Shown here piece by piece: positions 47,150 through 57,294 of a DNA stretch of 64,000 nt. The notes under the pieces are model-generated. The model saw only the letters and a program-made list of their open reading frames with translations, had not been told where the DNA came from and ran no database searches. The first letter of the stretch is position 1; each line of letters starts with the position of its first letter. Source of the DNA: a virus (lineage: Duplodnaviria > Caudoviricetes); IMG/VR virus record IMGVR_UViG_3300037424_000434, positions 1-64,000 of that record. The stretch is one strand, 5' to 3'. Made by a program: the position numbers and the translations under genes.

Positions 47150-48049
47150 ATGGGTAAGACGAATAAACGTGACATTCCAGTGCTTGTGATTCATCACACC
47201 GACGCCGATGGACATTGTTCAGCCGCAATTGTGGATTATTTCGAACAAGATTGTCTCCTACACGGCATCAACCATGGTCATAATGTTCCATGGGGATTGA
47301 TCAAAAGAGCCCGTAAAATTTATATGGTTGATTTTTGTTTTCAACCATTCTCAGACATGATCAAAGCTCGGAATCTGGTCGGCAGGGAGAATTTTATCTG
47401 GATAGATCATCACAAAACCGCGATACAAGACAAATCCAATTCGGGTCAGACGTTCATTGGACTTCAAGTGATCGGTAAAGCTGGGTGTGAATTGGCATGG
47501 GATTGGTTTACTGGTGCTGATTGTGACTCATCAATGCCAAAGGTAGTAAGGATGCTCGGGCGATATGATGTATGGGATTTGGACCACCACCAAGACATTA
47601 TGCCTGTCCAGTTCGGAATTAAATACTATAACCCAACCGCTGAGTCAAAGCTGTTTTGGAAACATCTGTTTAATCCCGAAGATTCAGAGAAATATTACAA
47701 TGAACTGAAAGAAAAGGGATCAACGTGTTATAATTATCAAACAGCTATGTACACAAATTATTGCAAATCCCATTCCTTCGATCTGGATTGGGAGAATCAT
47801 CGATTTTTGTGTGCAAATGCTCTACATGTTAGCTCTCAGTTGTTTGATGATAAATGGGATCATGATGAATATGATGCTATGTTGGTTTTTGGGTTTACAA
47901 ATGGGGTTTGGTCATGTAGTATGTATACAGACAAACCCGGTATTGATGTAGGGGAAATAGCAAAGCGATATGGGGGTGGCGGTCACAAGGGAGCCGCTGG
48001 AATGAGTTTTGATAAACTACCCTTTGATCTACAAAAAAAGAGAGGATAA
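47150..48049 (+). CDS. DHH/DHHA1-family phosphoesterase
   Basis: HHTDADG, MVDF, IDHH, GGGHKGAAG. Confidence 0.9.
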   Translation: MGKTNKRDIPVLVIHHTDADGHCSAAIVDYFEQDCLLHGINHGHNVPWGLIKRARKIYMVDFCFQPFSDMIKARNLVGRENFIWIDHHKTAIQDKSNSGQTFIGLQVIGKAGCELAWDWFTGADCDSSMPKVVRMLGRYDVWDLDHHQDIMPVQFGIKYYNPTAESKLFWKHLFNPEDSEKYYNELKEKGSTCYNYQTAMYTNYCKSHSFDLDWENHRFLCANALHVSSQLFDDKWDHDEYDAMLVFGFTNGVWSCSMYTDKPGIDVGEIAKRYGGGGHKGAAGMSFDKLPFDLQKKRG

Positions 48050-48052
48050 ATT

Positions 48053-48637
48053 ATGGGCACCCGAGGAAGCTATGGTTTTAGAGTAAATGATAGAGATAAA
48101 CTGACATATAACCACTTTGACAGTTATCCCAGTGGACTAGGCAATACTATAATCGCCTTCATCAAAGAAACGTCAGACGAAGAGCTAACAGATATAGCTA
48201 ATCGATTGGTTTTGGTGGATGGAGAAAGTATCCCAACCCCACAACAAATAGAAGATCTTCGACAATATTTCAACGGAGAAGTATCAACACAAAACATTGA
48301 TGATTGGTATTGTCTTTTAAGAGAAGCGCAAGGAAATCCCTTTGAATACAAAAACGGTCTTAATGTTATGCTGGAGGACTCTGGTTTTGTTTTGAATTCG
48401 TTGTTTTGTGAATATGCCTACATCATCAATGTTGACAAAAAGGTTCTCGAATTTTATGAAGGATTCAACAAAAATATTCTAGCAGAAGGCCGGTATGCAA
48501 TCTTTTCTGTCGGACAGCGGTGTTCTGTGGATGATTATTATGGGGTAGCATTGGTGTATGAGTTCGATTTTGCGGATATCCGCAAAAGAGAAGTCGATAG
48601 TATTGTGGAAGAAATGGAACTTCTGAATACATGGTAA
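48053..48637 (+). CDS. conserved phage hypothetical protein (MGTR family)
   Basis: MGTRG...YNHFDSYPSGLG...CEYAYII..D. Confidence 0.75.
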   Translation: MGTRGSYGFRVNDRDKLTYNHFDSYPSGLGNTIIAFIKETSDEELTDIANRLVLVDGESIPTPQQIEDLRQYFNGEVSTQNIDDWYCLLREAQGNPFEYKNGLNVMLEDSGFVLNSLFCEYAYIINVDKKVLEFYEGFNKNILAEGRYAIFSVGQRCSVDDYYGVALVYEFDFADIRKREVDSIVEEMELLNTW

Positions 48638-48699
48638 TAAAAAAGGGGCGGTCCGAAGATCTTTTCTTGCTTTATTCTCAAATTGGGTATGATATAACA

Positions 48700-48731
48700 A
48701 ATGAGGTTAATGGTTAGCCATTAACCTCATT
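48700..48731. terminator. 14-bp perfect inverted repeat between convergent genes
   Basis: AATGAGGTTAATGG-ttag-CCATTAACCTCATT. Confidence 0.7.
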
Positions 48732-48744
48732 GCACAATCCCTCA

Positions 48745-48767
48745 AGAGAGAGAGAGAGAGAGAGAGA
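48745..48767. repeat. (AG)11 microsatellite
   Basis: directly visible. Confidence 0.95.
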
Positions 48768-48828
48768 AAACAACGGTGACATGTGCCCATAATCCACACA
48801 GATCAGGGTTTTGCAGAAGTATTAATTA

Positions 48829-50088
48829 TTATATCGAGAGCATATACATATAAGCTTTGCCTGACTCGGAACCACCAGCATCATCTTCATTGTATGCGCC
48901 AACAATAGCATAAGAATCACTTATACCAACCGAATAACCAAAGTAATCGTAAGAAGACGTATCATAGGCATTTGGATTATCTAATGTCCATAATAAACCA
49001 CCCGTAGCAGGATTAAATATATAAGCTTTTCCTGAATCGGTGCCCCCGGCATCGTCTTCTGTATATGCCCCAACAATTGCATATGATTCACTTATAGCAA
49101 CTGAATAACCAAACCTATCAGTGGCAGACGTATCATAAGCATTTGGATCGTTTAACGTCCATAATAAACCACCTGTAGCAGGATTAAATATATAAGCTTT
49201 TCCTGACAGTGTGCCACCAGCATCATCTTCTGTATAGGCACCAACAATTGCATATGTTTCACTTATACCAACCGAATATCCAAAAAAATCATTAGCAGAG
49301 GTTGAATACGCATTTGGATTATTTAACGTCCATAATAATGCTCCAGTAGCATTATCGAATATATAAGCTTTTCCGGAAGAACCCCCACCAGCATCATCTT
49401 CGTCCCTTGCGCCAACAATTGCATAAGATTCGCTTATAGCGACAGACCACCCAAACCTATCATTGACAGGGGTTGAATAAGCATTTGGGTTATTTAATGT
49501 CCATAATAATGCTCCTGTAGCAGGATTAAATATATAAGCTTTACCTGAACTGAGGCCACCCTCATCTTCATTGTGCGCACCAACAATTGCATATGATCCA
49601 CTTATGGCAACTGAATATCCAAAAAAATCCATGGCAGAGGTGCCGTAAGCATTTGGATTATCTAATGTCCATAATAATGCTCCAGTAGTTGGATTAAATA
49701 TATAAGCTTTACCCGAATCTCCACCACCAGCATCATCTTCACTATATGCGCCAACGATTGCATATGATTCACTTATGGCGACAGAAAACCCAAAAGAGTT
49801 TCCGGCAGAGGTACCATACGCATTTGGATTATCTAATGTCCATAATAATGCTCCTGTAGCATTATTATATATGTAAGCTTTTCCTGACAGTGTGCCACCA
49901 GCATCATCTTCCCCGTCTGCACCAACTATCGCATACGAAGCACAAACACCAACAGAACGTCCAAACCAGTCAGCAAAGGAGGTATCATAAGCATTTGGAT
50001 TATCAAATGTATACACCGGCACCGTTGGATCGGCTATCGGGGGTGGGGCCAACAACAATTGGATAAAAGAAATAGTTCCTACACTCAT
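48829..50088 (-). CDS. FG-GAP repeat beta-propeller protein
   Basis: about 7 repeats of FG.SVAIS.SYAIVGA..EDDAGG..SGKAYIF...G.LLWTL.NPN. Confidence 0.9.
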   Translation of the reverse strand: MSVGTISFIQLLLAPPPIADPTVPVYTFDNPNAYDTSFADWFGRSVGVCASYAIVGADGEDDAGGTLSGKAYIYNNATGALLWTLDNPNAYGTSAGNSFGFSVAISESYAIVGAYSEDDAGGGDSGKAYIFNPTTGALLWTLDNPNAYGTSAMDFFGYSVAISGSYAIVGAHNEDEGGLSSGKAYIFNPATGALLWTLNNPNAYSTPVNDRFGWSVAISESYAIVGARDEDDAGGGSSGKAYIFDNATGALLWTLNNPNAYSTSANDFFGYSVGISETYAIVGAYTEDDAGGTLSGKAYIFNPATGGLLWTLNDPNAYDTSATDRFGYSVAISESYAIVGAYTEDDAGGTDSGKAYIFNPATGGLLWTLDNPNAYDTSSYDYFGYSVGISDSYAIVGAYNEDDAGGSESGKAYMYMLSI

Positions 50089-51569
50089 TAATTTTCATCC
50101 CTCTCTTCGCCGTCTTGGGGTTTATCTGTCTCTTCTAATTTTTCTGTAACCGCGTAAACTTTGCCGGGGTTAATAACAGACCCGGAGCGAATCATAAAGT
50201 CTTTATTGATCAGCACCGGGGTAGATTTGTGGCTCCTATCATTAAGATTGAATAATACTCCCTTATACTTAACCCCTTCAAACGTAACATCAAGTTTAAC
50301 AATAGGGCGTTTGTCCATTTTTTCATCTGATGTATGATTGGCTTTGATACGTACACTATCGTATTTCGTTCCTGTCATGCTTTTACCATTAGTGGTCCAC
50401 GTAACCTTGCGTCCTTTGATTTCGATGTCCTGAGCATCCAATGACGCACTCTCAGCAGCATTCCCTGTATCAAACCTTGCGGCAAAATCACCAATACCTT
50501 CAATTGTGATAGTTTCTAGAACCCCAACCTCCTGAGAGGGTCTTGTCCAATTAACGCCATTCTTGACATATTCCATTACCTCTGATATAATGTCTTTTTT
50601 TGTTAATGCCTCAATACCATCTGTGCCAGCGGAGGCATTAACCTCCAGTACATAGGGGTTACCGTCCTTGTCAAACATAATATCAACGCCAAGCCATTTG
50701 CCTCTGACCGCCTTGGCAGCACGTATGGCTAGTTTGGCAGTTGCTTTATCAGGTTCATACTCTCTTGTTGCCCCCCCAAGATGCACGTTACTTCTAAAAT
50801 CCCCTTTCACAACATCTCGTCTCATCGAAGCAATGACTTTATCCCCCAGAACATGGATTCTAACATCATGGTCTGATTGTATATATTCCTGTATCATAAG
50901 TTCTACACCGGAACCAACGGACCATAGCGCCTGTAACGTGGATCTGAGGGCTTTGGCATCTCCTGCAATAGCAACCCCCTTCCCCTGAGTTCCGCTAAGT
51001 GTTTTGATAATTACAGGAAACTGGCCACCAACCTTTTTGTGGGCATACTGGATCATATCCTCATTTGATACCAACATTGATTTGGGGGTGGGAACATTGT
51101 TTTCTGTTAACTTAAGGTAAGTTAGATATTTATCTTCGCATATTTCAAACACAGTGAGTTCGTTGAGAAAACAGAATTTATAGTGCTCCAATTGAGATAT
51201 GAGGTTGCGTGAATATCCATGGAACACAACGCCTCTTCGGGCAATAACAAAGGTTTTGTCTCTGTTAATTCTGAAACCATCGTCATCCCCTACATTGTGG
51301 ATGGTTACCTTTCCGTCTTTCTTTGTCTCCAAATAAGCGGTGTCGGCAAATGCAGTATAGTATTTTATATCATTTCTGGTACAATATGCTTCAAACTTTT
51401 TGATAGTGGGGTTCTTGGAACTTCTGTTCCCCTTGGAATCAGTGGATGATGTGAGCAAAAGAATACTAAGACCGTGAACCTCGTCGATTTTGTCGTTATC
51501 TTCCTCTGGGTCATGTTCTGTTTTTTCTTTAAGTAACCTTAATTGCTCAAACTCTTCTTTTAGTGTCAT
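50088..51569 (-). CDS. rimK: RimK-family ATP-grasp ligase fused to RimK-associated (retropepsin-like) protease
   Basis: DK...L....VPTP, PVIIK...GTQGKGV, QEYI, D.RIHV, FRSNVHLGG, G.DI, EVNAS.G; C-terminal ARFDTG. Confidence 0.88.
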   Translation of the reverse strand: MTLKEEFEQLRLLKEKTEHDPEEDNDKIDEVHGLSILLLTSSTDSKGNRSSKNPTIKKFEAYCTRNDIKYYTAFADTAYLETKKDGKVTIHNVGDDDGFRINRDKTFVIARRGVVFHGYSRNLISQLEHYKFCFLNELTVFEICEDKYLTYLKLTENNVPTPKSMLVSNEDMIQYAHKKVGGQFPVIIKTLSGTQGKGVAIAGDAKALRSTLQALWSVGSGVELMIQEYIQSDHDVRIHVLGDKVIASMRRDVVKGDFRSNVHLGGATREYEPDKATAKLAIRAAKAVRGKWLGVDIMFDKDGNPYVLEVNASAGTDGIEALTKKDIISEVMEYVKNGVNWTRPSQEVGVLETITIEGIGDFAARFDTGNAAESASLDAQDIEIKGRKVTWTTNGKSMTGTKYDSVRIKANHTSDEKMDKRPIVKLDVTFEGVKYKGVLFNLNDRSHKSTPVLINKDFMIRSGSVINPGKVYAVTEKLEETDKPQDGEERDEN

Positions 51570-51592
51570 TTAATACCTCATTAACATTTTCG

Positions 51593-51826
51593 CTATATCA
51601 AGTCTTTGTCCCAGTTTTTGTCACCACTTGTCCACTTAAGATATGCTTCGTGGTCTTTTCCTGTTAACTCGAACGGGTCATCTTCGTTTGTATGGGCTGA
51701 TTCTATCTCAAACGCTAACCGGTATCTTATTGCGCCTTTAGCCCATTTCATATCATCACCAAATCGTTGAAGTAGGTTGCCTTTCTTTTCGATCAGATAT
51801 TTATTAGCTATTTCATTTATATCCAT
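51593..51826 (-). CDS. small protein (MDINEIANKYLIE)
   Basis: GGAG RBS; capsid-targeting-like motif. Confidence 0.65.
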   Translation of the reverse strand: MDINEIANKYLIEKKGNLLQRFGDDMKWAKGAIRYRLAFEIESAHTNEDDPFELTGKDHEAYLKWTSGDKNWDKDLI

Positions 51827-52052
51827 TAATCTCCCCAATATCTTTGATGATGTCAAATTCCATCTGTCTCAACTCTTTCAACATTGCTTTGATTTTTGGT
51901 TTGTATTTTGCTGGCAATAACTTGTGGTCAAGAATGGTATCCAACCCAAAAGTAGCATCTTCAAACATTTGCCCATATGCCTCTTCAACAACTTCTTGTT
52001 GAGGTGATTTCTTAGACTCACCCAATAAACATTCTCTTAATGTTTTGCTCAT
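51813..52052 (-). CDS. small protein (MSKTLRECLLGE)
   Basis: GAGG RBS. Confidence 0.6.
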   Translation of the reverse strand: MSKTLRECLLGESKKSPQQEVVEEAYGQMFEDATFGLDTILDHKLLPAKYKPKIKAMLKELRQMEFDIIKDIGEINGYK

Positions 52053-52768
52053 CACGCATTCCTCTCATTTCCGACTGCATCCCCAAACGCTCTGGATAAC
52101 GCAATCAGTTCGTTTATTGGTAGATCAATACGCAATACATGTACATGCATTTTGGGCTTGAGGAGCATCCCCGACAACCATCTATGGTGTCCATCAATAA
52201 TAAAATCGTCTTGACTTACAATAAATACTGACTTCCCTAGGAATGCTATAGTGCTATCAACGGTTCTGCCATCAAGAGAATCAAGTACCTTTGATACATA
52301 TATCTGTTTCTGGATCGGTTTGAGTTTCCAAATGGCTTCGTGACCCTTCGTAACCCGAACAACATCGTCTTCTTTTCTGCCATTGTCTTTCTGTGGTTCA
52401 CCGGCACTTAACCATCCTTTTGCCCTACTTCCCTTTAGGCGCTCCGGAAACAATTCATCTTGGTCGGTGTCGGGTGAGAAGGGAGCATATATATCAATCT
52501 TACCTTTGGCCAAATGATCTTGGAGACTTTTAACATCACCAGAACTTATAACAGGCATATCTTTTCGTTTAGTGTGCCCCAAACTCGCCGACTGTTTAGC
52601 TTTCTCGTATTGATCATCAAACTCTGGAATCTCTTTGTCCAGTTCTTTGTTGTTTGATTTGAACATTTTTTCAAACATCATTCGTGCTTTTTCAAGGGGG
52701 GTATTAAGGATCTCAAGCGTTCCCGGTTTCTCCCCTCCACCCTCTATCAAATATTTAATAAATCTCAT
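52052..52768 (-). CDS. ParB/Srx-like domain protein (MRFIKYLIE)
   Basis: LKPIQKQIY...IVS.DDFIIDGHHRW; late promoter TATAAATA at 52793-52800 (minus strand). Confidence 0.8.
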   Translation of the reverse strand: MRFIKYLIEGGGEKPGTLEILNTPLEKARMMFEKMFKSNNKELDKEIPEFDDQYEKAKQSASLGHTKRKDMPVISSGDVKSLQDHLAKGKIDIYAPFSPDTDQDELFPERLKGSRAKGWLSAGEPQKDNGRKEDDVVRVTKGHEAIWKLKPIQKQIYVSKVLDSLDGRTVDSTIAFLGKSVFIVSQDDFIIDGHHRWLSGMLLKPKMHVHVLRIDLPINELIALSRAFGDAVGNERNA

Positions 52769-52843
52769 AAAATCTCCCAATCCTCATGTTGGTATTTATA
52801 ACATTTTACCATACCACATCCGATACTATTTGTCTGTCTATAA

Positions 52844-53599
52844 CTAGAGTTTCACTAATGGGATTTTGTTTTTCATTACAGCCATGGCTTTTTGTGGTAT
52901 CTGATGTTTGACGCTATGCTTGACGGAAGTATATACAATAGCAAGCACCAAATTGTATGTCGCTTTACCCAACCATGGAGCAGAAATAATACCGCCAGTG
53001 GCGAACAATAACAGAAGCATCAACCCCTCCGGAGACATGAAAAGCTTTTCCAAACTATACTTTCCGGCTAATGCTAATGCTATGTTACTGAAGTCAAAAT
53101 CATAATCCATGTTTCCAATGAACGTCATATTCAACCATATAAAAAACAACAGTCCAGCCACGGCGGGGCCAGTCACTTTTGCTAAAAGGGGATGTTCGAT
53201 GATAAATTCGTCCATCTTCTTCGCACCTGATGTTGTCTGTTGAAATGCCCCTGTTTTGTGTAAATGCTTAAATACATCCAATAATCCTTGTTGCAGAAGA
53301 CCTGAGAATTTATTTATGGATTTGATCAGCTTGGTCAAACTCCATCCAATAGATTTAAACAAGTCAAACAGAGATTTGTTTTTGAGAGCATCCACAATAT
53401 CACCAACTCCAATTTGAAAATCAGTGCCTATGGAAAATAATTCGTCTTTTATGGGAGTAATTATCTTTTTTACAGCCGCGTTTTTTATGTCACGAAGAAC
53501 ATCGACCACTCCTTCGTTGGTGCCGAATACCGTGTCAACAGCATAACAATAGTCATCAAAGGTAATGTTTTGCTCTGTTATGTATCTATTAAACTGCAT
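52844..53599 (-). CDS. hypothetical protein with hydrophobic C-half (MQFNRYITE)
   Basis: 251 aa, AGGAG RBS. Confidence 0.65.
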   Translation of the reverse strand: MQFNRYITEQNITFDDYCYAVDTVFGTNEGVVDVLRDIKNAAVKKIITPIKDELFSIGTDFQIGVGDIVDALKNKSLFDLFKSIGWSLTKLIKSINKFSGLLQQGLLDVFKHLHKTGAFQQTTSGAKKMDEFIIEHPLLAKVTGPAVAGLLFFIWLNMTFIGNMDYDFDFSNIALALAGKYSLEKLFMSPEGLMLLLLFATGGIISAPWLGKATYNLVLAIVYTSVKHSVKHQIPQKAMAVMKNKIPLVKL

Positions 53600-54101
53600 G
53601 TTCTCTCCTATTATGCCACTCTTCTAATCTAACAAATACCATATCTATAAGTTTCTTCATTATATATAGAAATATTGGGATAATTATGCTATTAACTAGT
53701 GGATTATCTACCTTTATTCCTTTGAACACGCTAACCGAGTCTTCTATTACGCTTTTTATGTAAAACTTGTCTCGCTCTAATTCCAGTTTCTCTCTTTCCA
53801 ACTCAGCAATACGAGACTCAAGTTCTTGTTTAAGAGGATCGATGGATGCGGGGGATCTTTGTGGACCCTCTTCAGCTTCCTCGATCTCCTGTTGCACCAT
53901 TTTTAGGTTACCTACTTCTATTGTGATATCTTTGGTTGTTTCGTCTATCAACGCGATATTTTTTTCAATTTTTGCTTGACCTCGTTCGGTGCTTTGAGTA
54001 TAATTGGAGTAATTATAGGACACCCATAAACCAAAACAAAATATACCAACAATCAAGTATACAGCAAATCTATACCATTTGAATCTCATAAAACGCTCCA
54101 A
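53589..54101 (-). CDS. membrane-anchored coiled-coil protein
   Basis: N- and C-terminal TM segments flanking a coiled coil. Confidence 0.65.
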   Translation of the reverse strand: MERFMRFKWYRFAVYLIVGIFCFGLWVSYNYSNYTQSTERGQAKIEKNIALIDETTKDITIEVGNLKMVQQEIEEAEEGPQRSPASIDPLKQELESRIAELEREKLELERDKFYIKSVIEDSVSVFKGIKVDNPLVNSIIIPIFLYIMKKLIDMVFVRLEEWHNRREHAV

Positions 54102-54199
54102 ATTCTATTATATAGGTATTTATTCATTTGACGCTCATGTTTGAATTATGATAGGATATTTTTTGGGGGACACACAGAAATAGAAAGGAAAATAAGCCA

Positions 54200-54511
54200 A
54201 TGACCATCGCTTTCTGGGATCGTATTACTAGGATACATTCCAAACAGAACACGAAACTTGTGTGTCTGATATGGATAACGTCATTTCCCAATATGTTTGG
54301 AGCAAATGAGTGGGTTGCCGCTAAAAGCGTTCTGTTGGGATTTTTAATGATAGAACTCCAATTATTAGTATGCATATATACTATGGTATTCATTGTATTG
54401 GGTTTATATGGTATATGGAAAGTCAGTCAATACGAGAAAAAACAGCAGCGACAAGAAGAAGAAGCCCAGTATCGCCGGAGATCCCGTGCGGGGGGTCGAG
54501 CACGAAGCTGA
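54200..54511 (+). CDS. membrane protein
   Basis: AAGGA RBS, TM segments. Confidence 0.55.
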   Translation: MTIAFWDRITRIHSKQNTKLVCLIWITSFPNMFGANEWVAAKSVLLGFLMIELQLLVCIYTMVFIVLGLYGIWKVSQYEKKQQRQEEEAQYRRRSRAGGRARS

Positions 54512-54551
54512 CGATTTTTTGTTAATACTGAAACCGTAGGGGATCACAAAT

Positions 54552-54848
54552 ATGGACCAAATTCAAGTAGAGCATTATCCCGTGGGTTTGTGTTGGCAAA
54601 CTGTAAACTACACCTGTACCATTGTTTCGGTTTCACTAAAAACCGGCCCGCTTGCTCGGGAGAACAGGCCAACAATAACCCACACATGGGCCTCTCATTT
54701 GGTGGAAGGCATCTCAAAAAAACATTCCATCAGGAATTACAGAAAAGAATATAGCTTCAAAAAACTACAGAAAGAGTTAAAAAGGGCTAATATTGAAATA
54801 CCCCCCAACCCGCCTACTTACTTTGACAGTGGTTTGTTTGTGGTATGA
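54552..54848 (+). CDS. hypothetical protein ending EIPPNPPTYFDSGLFVV
   Basis: shares a 74-bp 3' repeat with 55349-55714. Confidence 0.6.
   Translation: MDQIQVEHYPVGLCWQTVNYTCTIVSVSLKTGPLARENRPTITHTWASHLVEGISKKHSIRNYRKEYSFKKLQKELKRANIEIPPNPPTYFDSGLFVV
54758..54831 (+). repeat. 74-bp direct repeat, copy 1 (copy 2 at 55618-55691)
   Basis: 70/74 identical by direct comparison. Confidence 0.9.
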
Positions 54849-55028
54849 TATTGACTCGATATCACGCTATGGTGGGCTATTGAGTATCCTATTATGGAGA
54901 TAAAACATGACAGAAGCCAACGAAACCCTCGATGACACAAAAACCCGGCTGTTTGTATTTTTCCCCTTGACTTAAGTAACACTCCTTGCTAGAATGTTAT
55001 TACAACAAACAACGGCAAAGGAGTCTAT

Positions 55029-55338
55029 CATGGATATGGCAAAAAGAAAAGAAATCGCAGCAACAATCCTTCGGCAGATGGGTGGCACGGGTCGGCTCGT
55101 TGCCATGACCGGAGCAAAAGACTTTTGTGCCCACGAATCTGGGGTATCATTCAATTTCAAAGGATCTAAAGTGGCCAACTATATCAAGGTTATCTTGAAC
55201 TCTATGGATACCTATGACGTGGAATTCGGAAAAATCCGTGGATACACCTACCGTGTAGCAAAAGAGATGAGCGGCCTGCACTTCGATCAGCTCAAGGAGC
55301 AGTTCGAAGAGGTCACGGGATTGCATCTGACACTATGA
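55029..55338 (+). CDS. conserved early phage protein
   Basis: IAATILRQMGG..RL.AMTGAK; preceded by a TTGACT-17-TAGAAT promoter. Confidence 0.7.
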
Positions 55339-55348
55339 AAGGTGGTAC

Positions 55349-55714
55349 ATGTTAAAAACATATAAAGTCATTGTTGATGAGTTCCCCAGACTAGCAACCG
55401 CATTAAAGGAATTTATTGTTTTAGAGAACAATACACACGACGAGAGGCTGACAAATGTTCGCAACCAAATAAAGACTTTGGTGGGATTGTATTATCCTGA
55501 ATGGGATGTTAATATGCTGGGTCGTACAGGAACAGCCGGGAGTAGCGTCTGGATCGAAATAAAAAAAGAAATATGTATCACGGTCAAAGACAACGAGGTC
55601 AATCATCAATTGGACAACAAAAAACTACAGAAAGTGTTAAAAGGGGCTAATACTGAAATACCCCCCAACCCACCTACTTACTTTGACAGTGATATGTTTG
55701 ACTTAGAGAATTAA
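55349..55714 (+). CDS. hypothetical protein ending EIPPNPPTYFDSDMFDLEN
   Basis: AAGGTGG RBS; repeat copy 2. Confidence 0.65.
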   Translation: MLKTYKVIVDEFPRLATALKEFIVLENNTHDERLTNVRNQIKTLVGLYYPEWDVNMLGRTGTAGSSVWIEIKKEICITVKDNEVNHQLDNKKLQKVLKGANTEIPPNPPTYFDSDMFDLEN

Positions 55715-55846
55715 TTAAAGAAATTCCACAAACCCAACGACGAGTGTTGATTGACAAAAATATCTCGTTATCCTCAAAAATAAATATTGACTTTCATAGG
55801 TAACCTTGTTATTATGTAGTTGTGGTTAGGACGAACCCTTTGACGA

Positions 55847-56473
55847 ATGGAGAAAGTCATGGCATATGTATCTCAGGAAGACAAAAAGCGGTTGGCACCC
55901 GGCATCAAAGCTGTTCTAAAGAAATATGGAATGAAAGGTTCTATTGGTGTTCAGCACTATTCCACTCTGGTAGTTAAACTGAAAAGCGGGAAACTTGATC
56001 TGATCGGTAACTACAACGAGAATGCCCGTGACGAACACAAACGCCCTGACATGAAGCACTTGGACATCAACCTTTATTGGGTTGACACTAATTACAGTGG
56101 CAAGTGTCGTGACTTCATCAAAGAAATCCACAGCGCAATGAGAGGGGATGAGTATTTCGATGAATCGGATTCCATGTCTGATTATTTCCATTGCAGTCAT
56201 TACATGACGCTAACAGCCGGTGATTACAACAAGCCCTATGTCTTTGAGGGTGCCGTTGTTGAAGAAGTGGTTGAGGCTCCTGTTGTTGAAGAAGTGGTTG
56301 AGGCTCCTGTTGTTGAAGAAGTGGTTGAGGCTCCTGTTGTTGAAGAAGTGGTTGAGGCTCCTGTTCTTGATTGGCTTGATATCCTCAAACTGGAAAATGA
56401 AGAATTGCGTGATCGAGTTGCGGAGCTGGAAGCAAAACTTAAAAAAGTAAGTGAATTCGTTGCTACTTGTTAA
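55847..56473 (+). CDS. early protein with (VVEEVVEAP)4 repeat
   Basis: 27-bp tandem repeat 56255-56362; promoter TTGACT-17-TATTAT at 55787. Confidence 0.75.
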   Translation: MEKVMAYVSQEDKKRLAPGIKAVLKKYGMKGSIGVQHYSTLVVKLKSGKLDLIGNYNENARDEHKRPDMKHLDINLYWVDTNYSGKCRDFIKEIHSAMRGDEYFDESDSMSDYFHCSHYMTLTAGDYNKPYVFEGAVVEEVVEAPVVEEVVEAPVVEEVVEAPVVEEVVEAPVLDWLDILKLENEELRDRVAELEAKLKKVSEFVATC

Positions 56474-56762
56474 TAAGGCACTATACCGCTCAATGGATAC
56501 CGACAACCAGATGTATTCCCCAAAAACACAAAAAGGACAGTTGGTAAAATGTATATCAAAAACTCCACCTGTTGGGCTTGAGTGGGGGGAGGTATACACG
56601 GTTAAAGATGTCTGCAAATCATCGTTTCTTGACCCCCATACCAATAAACAAACATCAATGATATTATTACAGGTTGAAGGTGATTTTAGATGGCACCTGT
56701 CAGCACATTTCGCCCTACATACACCACCCCCGTTATTTGATGATGAGTTGTTCACTCTATAA
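56451..56762 (+). CDS. hypothetical protein ending PPPLFDDELFTL
   Basis: shared C-terminal motif; start may be 56492. Confidence 0.6.
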   Translation: MNSLLLVNKALYRSMDTDNQMYSPKTQKGQLVKCISKTPPVGLEWGEVYTVKDVCKSSFLDPHTNKQTSMILLQVEGDFRWHLSAHFALHTPPPLFDDELFTL

Positions 56763-56829
56763 ACAATAGACCTGCCACAAAATGATAAATACTCTTGAGA
56801 CTTAATGACTTGGGAGTATTTTTATATCT

Positions 56830-57288
56830 ATGAGACTACAACGTTACCTACAAGAAAAATATTTCAATACCATTGGTGGGTCAGGTACCGGCCAATATGA
56901 AATATTCCTCAATCCTGACCGCAAAGAATACAATGACCTGAAAATGAATTCAGCATATGGTGTTAGATTCATTCTCGACTTCAAAAACAAAAACTTTTAT
57001 GTCTTCCCTGCCGCAACCTTTCACGAGAGAGCCTTTAAGGTCATACGAGGGTTTCCCACTTTCGACAAATTCTGGGATAAAGGAGAAGGGATTGAGTGGA
57101 TATTGACCGGGGATTATTATGTTGCGGGTGATAAATACGGATCTGATGCATTAAATATGTTTGGTAAATTCCCCGGATATGACAAAAAATTAGAAATTTT
57201 GTTGAAGCAAGATTTCTCGTGGGCAAAAAGATATATTGACATACCAACGATAAAGAAATTAATAGAAGACGCTATACACAAGGAGTGA
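56830..57288 (+). CDS. protein with capsid-targeting-like N-terminus, paralog of 58910-59410
   Basis: MRLQRYLQE; EIF.NP.R.E..DLK...RFI.D.K.K. Confidence 0.75.
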   Translation: MRLQRYLQEKYFNTIGGSGTGQYEIFLNPDRKEYNDLKMNSAYGVRFILDFKNKNFYVFPAATFHERAFKVIRGFPTFDKFWDKGEGIEWILTGDYYVAGDKYGSDALNMFGKFPGYDKKLEILLKQDFSWAKRYIDIPTIKKLIEDAIHKE

Positions 57289-57294
57289 GTAGAT

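Noticed and set aside
48829-50088. Diversity-generating retroelement or invertible repeats in the FG-GAP gene
   Set aside because: No reverse transcriptase or recombinase in the window, and repeat differences are not adenine-specific.
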